A stretch of DNA of 64,000 bases from Gammaproteobacteria bacterium. GTDB taxonomy: Bacteria > Pseudomonadota > Gammaproteobacteria > GCA-001735895. A model generated the notes under the pieces. It was not told where the DNA came from and did not search any database. It was given only the letters and a program-made list of their open reading frames with translations. Each line of letters begins with the position of its first letter. Positions within the stretch are counted from its first letter, which is position 1. The position numbers and the translations under genes were made by a program. Positions 39,299 through 48,495 of the stretch are shown here, in pieces. Location: NCBI GenBank assembly GCA_050298595.1, contig JBNKUM010000040.1, forward strand, positions 1-64,000, given 5' to 3'.

Positions 39299-41692
39299 TT
39301 AGCGGTCAACTGCGGAATCCAGGTTCAAATACTGTTTTATAAAAGCGCTTATCCCATCAATATTAAACCCTTTAGCCAGTTTCTGTAGCTGTTTGGCAAA
39401 CGGGATATAAGCCTCATTCTCTGCTTGCAGACGAGAAGCTATCTCCTGTATTTCAAACACCAGTCCTACTTCGGCCAACTGATACAACTCATGCAGCTGT
39501 TCGCTGGACGGCGCGACCATGAGGGCTTCGCGTTCACTATCTTCCTCAGCGTATTCCCATGTCAATCCCAACTGCTTTTCCAGGCTCTGGTATATCTCAT
39601 CCAGTCGATAGGGTTTGCTGACGTAGTCATCCATGCCTGATGCACGTAAGGTTGCTTCCTCCTCTTTTAAGGCAGAGGCGGTAACAGCAACAATCTTCAC
39701 CTGGTCCCCGCCCGGCAGTTCGCGAATGCGCCGGGTAGCCTCACCCCCGTCCATGACTGGCATGCGCTGGTCCATCCAGATCAGGTCTGGTTTCCAGCCT
39801 TTAAATATCTGTATGCACTCCTCGCCGTTCTGCGCCACTTTCACCTCGAGGCCAAGGTCGGTCATCAGTTTGCTCAACAACAGCTGGTTTTCGCGCTGAT
39901 CCTCAGCGATCAGGATTCTGCAGCTGGCTTGCCCCGGCGCGAGGCCTGTCACTGCTCCGTGCATTTTACTACTCAGGTGGATCATCTCCGCCTTATCGGC
40001 CTCTTCCAGCGGCAGCTTGACGCGAAACAGCGCCCCCTTGCCCAGTTCGCTTTCAACGGAGATCTCACCCTGCATCAGTTGCACGAACTGGTGTACGATG
40101 GCGAGTCCCAGGCCAGTCCCCCCCTGCGAAGAAACGCCTACGGACAGTTGCTCGAAGGGCCTGAACAGACGCTTCTGATCGATGCTACTTATTCCTGGAC
40201 CGCTATCCTCGACTTCAATCAGCAGATGGTGATGTAAATTGTGTTTGCTGCCGAGGCGGATGGTCACGCTGCCCTGCTCGGTGAACTTCACCGCATTGCT
40301 CACCAGATTGACCAGGATCTGGCGTAGCCTCGCCTCGTCACCCTTAATGTAGCGGGGAAACGTTGACGATTGATCCAGCTCCAGTTGCACCCCCTTCTGT
40401 TGCGCCCGCAGCCTCATCATCTCGCTTACTTCCCGTACAAGAGTGTGCAAATCAAAACTGGCGATCTCCAGTTGCAGCTTGCCCGCCTCGATCTTGGCTA
40501 TCTCCAGTACGTCATTGATCAGCCTGAGCAGATGATCGCCGCTGTTATTAATGATTTCCAGGTTTTCCCGCTGGCTGGTATTCAGCGACAGGTCCTTATG
40601 CATCAGTTGCGAGAAACCGAGGATAGCGTTGAGAGGGGTGCGCAGCTCATGGCTCATGTTGGCGAGGAACACGCTCTTGGCCTTGTTGGCCGCCTCCGCT
40701 GCATCGCGAGCCAGGCGCAGCTCATTAGTACGTTGTTGTACTGTTTCTTCCAGTTGATCCTTGTAACGCCTTAGCTCCTGTTCCGTCTGCTTGCGCTCGG
40801 TGAGGTTATAGATCATGCCGACAAATCCGATGATATGATCAGCGTCGTCACTCAACATGGTTACGGAAAGATTCACCGGCACGCTTGTCCCATCCTTGCG
40901 AATGTAGATCCATTCGCGCTCTTCGGGAAGGTTGCGTTTGGGACGAGCCGTAAATACATCAAACCCAGGGGGGATCTTTTCGCCCAGCTCTTCGGACAAG
41001 CGCAGGGCGTGTTGCCTGATCTCCTGTGGGTCATGCCAGATCACTGGGGTTTGTTTGTCAACCACTTCAGCCGCAGTGTACCCCAGCAAGCGCTCGGCAG
41101 CAGGATTGAAGGCGGTGATGATCCCGTCAGGAGTCGTAGAGACTATACTGTACGGGGCGCTGTTCAGAATCGTCTGCTGGAAGAGTGTAAGCCGATGCAA
41201 TTCCTCCCCGGCCTGCCTGCGCTCAGAGATCTCCTCCGCTAGCCTTTTATTGGCAACCATCAACTCTTCGGTACGTGCGTCAACCTCCTGTTCCAGTCCT
41301 TCGGTGAGTTCCCGCATCCGCAGATGTATGCGTACCCGGGCCAGCATCTCCTCCTGCTGGAACGGTTTGGTGATGTAGTCCACTCCACCTGCCTGAAAGG
41401 CGTTCACTTTGTCGTGTTCATCCTCCAGGGCACTGAGGAAAATGACAGGTATCGAAGCGCTCCGATCGTCCGCTTTGAGTCGTCGGCAGACTTCAAAGCC
41501 ATCCATCCCCGGCATCTTGATGTCCAGCAAAATGAGATCAGGGAGGGTAGACTGGACGAACTCCAGTGCCAGCTCTCCGTCCGAAGCGGGATAAATGGTA
41601 TAGCCCTGCTCGGTCAGCAGGTTCATCAGTAGCTGAAGATTGGCAGTACTGTCGTCGACAACCAGTATCCGATTGAAGCGCCCATGATTCAT
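39299..41692 (-). CDS. Hybrid kinase REC-PAS-HisKA-HATPase-REC
   Basis: [17 protein letters not shown]; PAS paralogous to the 11635 kinase; SHELRTPL; same conserved tail, with the last codons supplied by a MITE end. Confidence 0.93.
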   Translation of the reverse strand: MNHGRFNRILVVDDSTANLQLLMNLLTEQGYTIYPASDGELALEFVQSTLPDLILLDIKMPGMDGFEVCRRLKADDRSASIPVIFLSALEDEHDKVNAFQAGGVDYITKPFQQEEMLARVRIHLRMRELTEGLEQEVDARTEELMVANKRLAEEISERRQAGEELHRLTLFQQTILNSAPYSIVSTTPDGIITAFNPAAERLLGYTAAEVVDKQTPVIWHDPQEIRQHALRLSEELGEKIPPGFDVFTARPKRNLPEEREWIYIRKDGTSVPVNLSVTMLSDDADHIIGFVGMIYNLTERKQTEQELRRYKDQLEETVQQRTNELRLARDAAEAANKAKSVFLANMSHELRTPLNAILGFSQLMHKDLSLNTSQRENLEIINNSGDHLLRLINDVLEIAKIEAGKLQLEIASFDLHTLVREVSEMMRLRAQQKGVQLELDQSSTFPRYIKGDEARLRQILVNLVSNAVKFTEQGSVTIRLGSKHNLHHHLLIEVEDSGPGISSIDQKRLFRPFEQLSVGVSSQGGTGLGLAIVHQFVQLMQGEISVESELGKGALFRVKLPLEEADKAEMIHLSSKMHGAVTGLAPGQASCRILIAEDQRENQLLLSKLMTDLGLEVKVAQNGEECIQIFKGWKPDLIWMDQRMPVMDGGEATRRIRELPGGDQVKIVAVTASALKEEEATLRASGMDDYVSKPYRLDEIYQSLEKQLGLTWEYAEEDSEREALMVAPSSEQLHELYQLAEVGLVFEIQEIASRLQAENEAYIPFAKQLQKLAKGFNIDGISAFIKQYLNLDSAVDR

Positions 41693-43962
41693 ACCTGTCG
41701 CCCTGTACCGTTTCCATTATGGTAATCACGAATTAAATGCCGAATCCGTCCATACTGGAGATTGCTGGCTTCCACATCTAATGTGTCTGCCAGAGCAGCA
41801 TCATGGACACGTATTTCGTCGATGGCGCGGCTCACCGCCTCGACATCAAGACGGGTAAGCGCCTGTTCCAGCCCTTTCAGTAATTCGCCCGGCAGGCCCG
41901 CCAGTGCTGCCGTATCCAACAGGACTTCTCTGGCAGCTGGAGAGGTTTCCCCCGAGTAGACGAAACGCACACCAAGATGAAACTTCAGTGCATCGAGTAT
42001 TTCATCCTGCGTATAGGGTTTGCGAATAAAACCATCACATCCTGCCGCCAGGATTTCGCGCCGTTCCTCTTCCAGGGCGTGGGCGGTGATGGCGACGATC
42101 CGGGTTTGTGCGCCATTTTCGCTTGCCTTAATGCGTCGGGTTGCTTCCAGTCCGTCCATGACAGGCATGCGCCAGTCCATCCAGATGAGTTCGGGCTGCC
42201 ACTGTTCGAAAACGGCAATCGCCTCCTGCCCGTTAGTGGCTTCTCGCAGATCGAAACCCAACGGCTCCAGTAGTTTATGAAGCAGCCGACGGCTGTCCGG
42301 CTGGTCCTCGACAATGAGCAGCCGATGGCTTGGCTGCCCCTCTGCCAACCCCATCACGCGCCCCCGCTTCTTCTTAACAGGGATATCTATTGATGGCTGC
42401 TCGGTAACCGGAATTTCGACGTGAAACTCCGAACCTTTTCCAGCTTCACCGGCTACCCAAATCGTTCCATTCATCAAGCCGGTATACTGTTTGCATAGTG
42501 CCAGCCCAAGGCCGGTACCAGCTTCTGTAGATGGACGATTCTCCAGTTGTACAAAGGGTGTAAAGATGCGTTCCCGATCCGCGGCACTGATGCCAGGCCC
42601 TGTGTCTATGACGGCGAATTTTAGATCGATTTGTGACGCAGAGCCGGCTTCGCCCTCGTTCTCGCTGTGCAATACACTAAAGTCAACTTTAAGGGTTACG
42701 CCCCCATGGGTAGTATATTTGATCGCGTTTCCTATAAGATTGATCAGGACCTGTCGTAGCTTACCCCCGTCCACGCTGATATGCCGGGGAAGATCAGGGG
42801 GTTGTTCAAGTTTAAAGTCCAATCCTTTCTCCTGTGCTCGCACCGACACCAGGGAAACGAGCTCCTGTAAAAATTGGTACAAATCCAGCGGCGATTCCTC
42901 CACTTCCTCCCGGCCCGCCTCGATCTTGGAGAGGTCCAGAACATTGTTGATCAGATTCAACAGATGTTCCCCACTACGGTTGATAATCTCCAGATTTTTA
43001 ATCTGATCTGTATGCAGATTTTTTTCATCTACCATCAGGCGAGAAAATCCCAGGATTGAATTTAAAGGTGTGCGCAATTCGTGACTCATATTAGCCAGAA
43101 ATGTGCTTTTTGCCTGATTGGCATTTTCTGCTTTCTCTTTGGCAATTTTCAACTTTTCCTGACTCTGTTCCAGTTCGGCTGACCGTTCCGCAACTCTGAT
43201 TTCCAGAGTCTCCTGATTTTTATAGAGCTTTGCCCGAGTTTGCAGGAGATTATGGATCATGCCCATGAACGCATTTTCAAGAATTTTTAGTTCGTTATTT
43301 CCTTTAGTGTTTACATCGATTTTTATATTTTCCAGATTATCAAGCTGCAATTGTTCTGCAGCACGTGTGAGCTCAGCCAGAGGCTTGCTGAGTAAAGACC
43401 TGGAAATCAGCAGGAACAGGATCCAGAACCCAATAATTTTAATAATCGCGTTCAGAATCAGGATTATTACACTGAACTTTACTTTATCAATAATAATATT
43501 TCTGCTTGAGTAAATCGTTACTGTGCCCACATGAAATGATCTATCTCCCCGCAAATGATCTATCTGAAACGTTTTCCAGAAAAGGCCGGAAGAACTTAAA
43601 ACATCGTTTTGATTTTCATTTGAACCACTGCTTGCCGCCGAATAGGACAGGTGTAAAGTTTTCCCCATTTCGCCCAGATATTTTCCCTCAGGGTTTACAA
43701 TCTCAATACCCTCAACATTGGGAAGTTGCATTATTCCGGTGAGAGTAGACTGCAGTTGAATATCGTTCATCTCCCAAAGTGCCTGTTCCAGAGTAGGTTT
43801 AAAAGTCTGCGTAAGTATCTCCAGTTCCTGAATAACAAGACTTCGCGTATGTGCGTATTCCGCAACGATATGTGCAGCGGTTACGGTTACAGCCAGGATA
43901 AGATAGAAAGAAAACACTACCTTTAAAAGCCTGGCTGCTATCGTGTCTTTATACAGATACAA
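41689..43962 (-). CDS. Membrane hybrid histidine kinase (periplasmic sensor, HAMP, HisKA, HATPase, REC)
   Basis: Two TMs, [33 protein letters not shown]; ATGA overlap with the downstream kinase. Confidence 0.92.
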   Translation of the reverse strand: MYLYKDTIAARLLKVVFSFYLILAVTVTAAHIVAEYAHTRSLVIQELEILTQTFKPTLEQALWEMNDIQLQSTLTGIMQLPNVEGIEIVNPEGKYLGEMGKTLHLSYSAASSGSNENQNDVLSSSGLFWKTFQIDHLRGDRSFHVGTVTIYSSRNIIIDKVKFSVIILILNAIIKIIGFWILFLLISRSLLSKPLAELTRAAEQLQLDNLENIKIDVNTKGNNELKILENAFMGMIHNLLQTRAKLYKNQETLEIRVAERSAELEQSQEKLKIAKEKAENANQAKSTFLANMSHELRTPLNSILGFSRLMVDEKNLHTDQIKNLEIINRSGEHLLNLINNVLDLSKIEAGREEVEESPLDLYQFLQELVSLVSVRAQEKGLDFKLEQPPDLPRHISVDGGKLRQVLINLIGNAIKYTTHGGVTLKVDFSVLHSENEGEAGSASQIDLKFAVIDTGPGISAADRERIFTPFVQLENRPSTEAGTGLGLALCKQYTGLMNGTIWVAGEAGKGSEFHVEIPVTEQPSIDIPVKKKRGRVMGLAEGQPSHRLLIVEDQPDSRRLLHKLLEPLGFDLREATNGQEAIAVFEQWQPELIWMDWRMPVMDGLEATRRIKASENGAQTRIVAITAHALEEERREILAAGCDGFIRKPYTQDEILDALKFHLGVRFVYSGETSPAAREVLLDTAALAGLPGELLKGLEQALTRLDVEAVSRAIDEIRVHDAALADTLDVEASNLQYGRIRHLIRDYHNGNGTGRQV

Positions 43963-44008
43963 ATTCCGCGCCTACAACATTTTCATTAAACGAATACTTC
44001 AGTGACAA

Positions 44009-44908
44009 TTAAGGTGTGTACCATAATCTTTTGTCATTTAAAGGTGTTTCTTTCGGTAACAACGGGTTTTTCAGTTCAAAGATCCTTCTGTTTTTCAGAT
44101 CAGCTTTTTCCAGAACTGTTTTCATGTCAGGATGATTATAAAAAAGCGTATCGAATGAACCGTCGTCAAGAGCCATCCTGAACCCGCGTTCGAGCCTGTC
44201 GTACAGCTTTTTGTTATTCTTGTTGGTAAAAATATAGCCGGCAGCCGGATAGTGTAGTGCCAGATCGGTTTCCACTACCAGCCCGGGATGTTTCACGTCA
44301 GCCAGCTCTTTCCATGGTTCATGAACGCCTCTGGGGAAAAAATCAAATCTCCTGTCTTTTAGCATATCGAAGAGTTCAACATAGCCCGAAATTCCTACCA
44401 CCTTGAAGCCATTAGTGCGAAGTATTTTCGTGTCCGGCCAAAGCTCACCTTGACCGGCCCACAACTTTTGAAAGTCTTCCAATGTTCGAACGGCGGAGAA
44501 TCTCGCTTGATCACCTTCATTGATAATAGCGAGGCGATAGCCGTACATTCCTTTGTAAATGGGAATTCGGATGGGATGAAATTCTTGCTCACGCTCTTTC
44601 GATGTCATTGTTAACACCACATCAAAATAGCCGTCTTTTAACAAATCAACATCCCTGGCCTGTGGACCCTCATTTTGTGGGGTTTCAATTCTGAAGGGGC
44701 CATCGGTTTGCTGTGTCTTTGCCAATATCAATTGCAACAACTGATATTTATATTCTTTGCTCGGGTCGTAGTTAGATGAAGTCCCCCTTAATGAACGGGT
44801 TTTTACAACCAACGGTTCTTCCGGCGTAGCCGCCCAAAGTGGCAGCGAATTTATATACACCATAAAACAGGAAATCATCAATATCGCAGTTTTTAAATAG
44901 TGTTTCAT
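44009..44908 (-). CDS. Periplasmic solute-binding (family 3-like) sensor partner
   Basis: Signal peptide; TSKEREQ..PIRIPI.KG..GYR, GQG..WPD..IL..NG, RFDFFPRG..E. Confidence 0.8.
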   Translation of the reverse strand: MKHYLKTAILMISCFMVYINSLPLWAATPEEPLVVKTRSLRGTSSNYDPSKEYKYQLLQLILAKTQQTDGPFRIETPQNEGPQARDVDLLKDGYFDVVLTMTSKEREQEFHPIRIPIYKGMYGYRLAIINEGDQARFSAVRTLEDFQKLWAGQGELWPDTKILRTNGFKVVGISGYVELFDMLKDRRFDFFPRGVHEPWKELADVKHPGLVVETDLALHYPAAGYIFTNKNNKKLYDRLERGFRMALDDGSFDTLFYNHPDMKTVLEKADLKNRRIFELKNPLLPKETPLNDKRLWYTP

Positions 44909-45215
44909 TTTCTCCTCCAGAGTTTGAATTGATCAGGTTGTGCACGACCAACGCCTCAGGGGGCGGATCGGCAATGTGGGGTCATCTTAAATCAATCGAA
45001 TTCGTTTAATGGCTTTTCATATAGATCACCTTCTTTCTTTCATGCGCAGTAGCGCAAAATAAATAGACTGAGTCGCGGTCAGGTTCTCCTACGGCCCACC
45101 CCCAGCTGACATGCCGGGGGATGATGCAATGCATAATTGACCCGACAGACACTGGAGCCTGGATTTCTTTTGCGTGGTATATAACCGCTTGACCACTTTA
45201 TTCCTTCAGTTTCCA

Positions 45216-45383
45216 TCAGTCCATATCCCTGAAATTTAATCTTTATCATTCATATAATAGTTCATAAGTTAATCGAAAACCCTGATAAAAGACCTATAGC
45301 AACAAACTATCCGACTATTGCAGCTACAAATACAATTCATGGAACCTGTTTAAGGAGTCAGAGTTGATTTCAATTTTCTACTT
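45216..45383. repeat. Conserved cassette leader, copy C (more diverged)
   Basis: tcagtccatatccc..aatctttatca..aacaaactatccg..caattcatgg..gagtcaga..tcaatt. Confidence 0.7.
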
Positions 45384-45480
45384 TCACTTTAGATACTGTT
45401 TTATATTTGTGTAGCTTTCGGGCAAACGGGATATAAGCCTCATTATCTACTTGCAGGCGAGAGGCTACCGCATGTATTTC
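45384..45480 (-). pseudogene. Decayed 3' end of another hybrid kinase
   Basis: tcacttt.gatactgttttata..ggcaaacgggatataagcctcatt..cttgcaggcgaga matches the [18 protein letters not shown] tail; cut by a MITE. Confidence 0.75.
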
Positions 45481-45481
45481 T

Positions 45482-45868
45482 ACCTGGAATCCACAGTTGG
45501 ACGAGTTGTAGTGCATTTGAGGTGATGTAGATCAAGGAGTTACAAAGCTTCCGCATCCTGCTCTCGCCCCTTACCTATATCCCTATAGGCAACAACGAGT
45601 GGCACATTTTTAGCCACAACCCGAAGCACCCAAAGGGCATAAAGGCTGGGACCATTTTTCCTCCAGCGGCATTATCTCGACAATTGCTCTGCTCTGGCTT
45701 CCTGCTTCGCCCTACCACCTAAGTCCCTTTAGGTGTCCTGCATTGTCGAAATACAGTCCTTCCATGGACATAAGTCGCTTATGTAGAATGACTACAAGTC
45801 GCTCCTTCTGCCTTGCTGGAAGATAAAATGGTCTCCAGCAGTGTCAATCAACACGTGTTAACAGGCCC
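45482..45868. mobile_element. Chimeric MITE (family A left arm + family B right arm)
   Basis: Starts like 36561-36670 with one 47-bp unit; ends like 32260-32400 (..aatcaacacgtgttaacaggccc). Confidence 0.7.
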
Positions 45869-45998
45869 TAGCGTACTGAGACCAATAAAACGCCCTGGAT
45901 TTCATCGATGTCCTTGTCCTCTCATATTTGTCTTTCTCCTCAGGCTTGCCGTATACTGATTGCCACTTTCCTTTTCAATACAACTGCCGGAGGCAAGC

Positions 45999-46241
45999 AT
46001 GCAAGGAGAACATCACGAAATCGAAACTGAATTCCCCGAGTTTCACCAGCGGTTAAAAGAACTGTCCGAAGCAGACCCCAATTTTTCAGCTAGTATCAAG
46101 CGACATAACGAACTCGATAAGGAAATCCGCAAACTGGAAGAACTCGGGCAACCGGTAACAGACGAAACACTGGAGAAAATGAAATACGAACGCGCCGAAC
46201 TGAAAGATGCCGTGTATGCACGTATTCGCTCAGGTGCGTAG
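45999..46241 (+). CDS. YdcH/DUF465 family protein (copy 2)
   Basis: Close paralog of 11360-11602 including promoter; GGAGG RBS before ATG 45999. Confidence 0.85.
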   Translation: MQGEHHEIETEFPEFHQRLKELSEADPNFSASIKRHNELDKEIRKLEELGQPVTDETLEKMKYERAELKDAVYARIRSGA

Positions 46242-46421
46242 AGCTTTCACCATATAAAGTTCATCCTGTTATTCTAACGACATACCTCCATAAGCAATGC
46301 CACTAAGGGATGCCATCTATTGCATTGTCGATAAATAGCCCTGGATTCAACATGTTTGTTTGACAGCGTAATCATCCACTATCATTATCACAAGACATCA
46401 TCACTACTCAGGTAAATAACC

Positions 46422-47153
46422 GTGTCAGATAGAAAAAGGATTGCATTACTTATTGACTGCGATAACGTCAGCCATAATTCTGTAGAAGGTGTTTTAGAAG
46501 AACTGGCAAAATACGGCACAGTGAATGTTCGACATGCCCACGGAGACTGGAACAACCCTTCTCTATCAGGCTGGAGAGAACGTCTGCATCCTAATGCTAT
46601 TCGTCCCATGCAACAGTTCGCCTACACCAAAGGCAAGAATGCCACTGACTCAGCAATGATTATCGACGCCATGGATTTGCTTTACAGTGGCAATGTAGAT
46701 GCCTTTGCCCTGATGACCAGTGATAGCGATTTCACTCCTCTCGTGCTCAGGCTACTGGAAAATGGGTTCCCCGTTTATGGATTTGGTGAAAAGAAAACCC
46801 CTCAACCTTTTGTCGATGCCTGTTCTCCTTTCATCTTTACCGAAAACTTGCTCCCGCCAGAAGAAGACAAGAAAACAGGTAAGGCAAAACAACCCACTCG
46901 AAAAACTAAAGTACAGTTAAGAAGTGATACCGCCCTGGTGAAACTGTTAAGAACCGCCGTCGAACAAACCTCAGAGGATGACGGCTATGCACACATGGGA
47001 CAGGTAGGGCATTACATCTCAAATAACAGTTCCTTTTCCTCTATCAACTATGGCTATAAAAAGATGAGTGATCTGATCAGAGCTACGGAGCTGTTCAATA
47101 TTGAGATGAGAAATAACGGCTCATCCATGTACATAAAGGATTCGCGCAAGTAG
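46422..47153 (+). CDS. NYN (PIN-like) domain protein with OST-HTH/LOTUS domain
   Basis: IALLIDCDN, GKNATDSAMIIDAMD, SDSDFTPL, NYGYKK.SDLI. Confidence 0.9.
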   Translation: MSDRKRIALLIDCDNVSHNSVEGVLEELAKYGTVNVRHAHGDWNNPSLSGWRERLHPNAIRPMQQFAYTKGKNATDSAMIIDAMDLLYSGNVDAFALMTSDSDFTPLVLRLLENGFPVYGFGEKKTPQPFVDACSPFIFTENLLPPEEDKKTGKAKQPTRKTKVQLRSDTALVKLLRTAVEQTSEDDGYAHMGQVGHYISNNSSFSSINYGYKKMSDLIRATELFNIEMRNNGSSMYIKDSRK

Positions 47154-47264
47154 GTTCATTGAATTAAGTAGTTAACCAATAAATAGCATCCATAGCTTTA
47201 TATTAGGGCCTGTTAACTCGTGTTGATTATGATAGGAAAGTGGAAATTACATTTCCGCTTTCCT

Positions 47265-47453
47265 TCATTCGGCTAATCTCCGGCCACTTCGGATCAAGGT
47301 AAGCTCTTGTTCCATATCTTCTATGATTTCCTGAAGAAAATCGGAATGTCGGGACTGGTTTTTTTCGATTCGATAATACAATTGGCTAGAAATCTTGTTG
47401 ATCGTTTCAACCAGATGCTTTTCACTGCTAGAGGTTGTTTGTGAGTATTTCAT
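47265..47453 (-). CDS. Small hypothetical protein, paralog 1
   Basis: Shares E..LV..IN..S.QL....K..SRHS.FLQE.IEDME..L..IR.GR with 47703-47915. Confidence 0.7.
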   Translation of the reverse strand: MKYSQTTSSSEKHLVETINKISSQLYYRIEKNQSRHSDFLQEIIEDMEQELTLIRSGRRLAE

Positions 47454-47702
47454 TTCGCTGCACTTCTAGTGGTTTCCATATCGATAATTCTAGAACGCTA
47501 ATCTATTAAAAATTGTGAAGCTGATCTCGTCAGGAAGTTAAACAAGTTCTCTCTTAATTCAAAATTTGATATTGGACACATAAAATTCAGATTTTTCCTT
47601 GAGGACAGGGATTACAAGCGCTGCGAAGGCAACGCCTAACAGGATGAACGAAGCGAATAAGCAGTGAACGGATGCGCTATCTGTATTTATAGATAGAGGT
47701 GC

Positions 47703-47915
47703 TTAATAGAAACTGGTGATTCCTCTCGGCTTGATAAATCCCCTGCCTGCACGGATCATATTGAGTTGTAGCTCCATATCTTCAATAACTTCCTGTAGAA
47801 AACTGGAATGTCTGGAGTGGTATTTATCACCACTAAACCTCAACTGAATTGACATGTTATTTATTGAGTCAACGAGATAAGCTTCTCTGCTCTGGACTAT
47901 CGGTGTGTGTTTCAT
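47703..47915 (-). CDS. Small hypothetical protein, paralog 2
   Basis: Protein-level conservation with paralog 1 despite diverged DNA. Confidence 0.7.
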   Translation of the reverse strand: MKHTPIVQSREAYLVDSINNMSIQLRFSGDKYHSRHSSFLQEVIEDMELQLNMIRAGRGFIKPRGITSFY

Positions 47916-48056
47916 CTATCACTATCCCTGCAGGTTTTTGTATAGATAATAGTAGAACTCTCAGCTATTACAAGCTGTGGATGATAGATCAGAAGCTAGG
48001 GGTGGTTTCACCAGAGCAGTTAAACAGCCATTGCTGGCAAGAAAATCTTTTTTAAT

Positions 48057-48095
48057 TTCACAAAATCTTCACATCATCTTAACAGCTTAATCACA
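48057..48095 (+). promoter_or_regulatory. Four hexamer direct repeats at 11-bp period (OmpR/PhoB-type box)
   Basis: TTCACA 48057, TTCACA 48068, TTAACA 48079, ATCACA 48090. Confidence 0.55.
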
Positions 48096-48139
48096 GCTCC
48101 TGGCCCAGGATTGACACTCAATCAATGAGGAGTTAAGTC

Positions 48140-48205
48140 ATGTCACGTTATGAACAACAAATTCTTGAAACAGACAGGTGGATCCCGACATTTTTTATTA
48201 GGTAG
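48140..48205 (+). CDS. Putative 21-aa peptide MSRYEQQILETDRWIPTFFIR
   Basis: GAGGAG 7 nt before ATG; directly downstream of the phased repeats. Confidence 0.4.
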   Translation: MSRYEQQILETDRWIPTFFIR

Positions 48206-48495
48206 TCCCAGGTAGCCGCTTACACGAATATATCAATAACCCTGTTACCGAAAGTATTGATGAAGGCTGATTCGCCTACTGATATTACCTCCAGCGTGGC
48301 TGGCAAAGGCACGTAATGTCGCCTGATATTCTCTGAGTCTGAAGTTTACGAGTTATAATCACAAAACGGCAAACCTGAAAGAGGTAATCCCCCCGTTCTT
48401 TTTCATCAAAAATCTGCTATAAAACATCAATAATAAACGCTCCGAGATGTATACTTTGTCCCAGGTCCCCATTACGCTAATTAACCTGAATACAC

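Noticed and set aside
48365-48400. c-di-GMP-I riboswitch-like GGCAAACC-GAAA-GG upstream of the CHASE2 kinase
   Set aside because: Lacks the following GACGCAAAGC and second stem; only an Rfam scan could rescue it.
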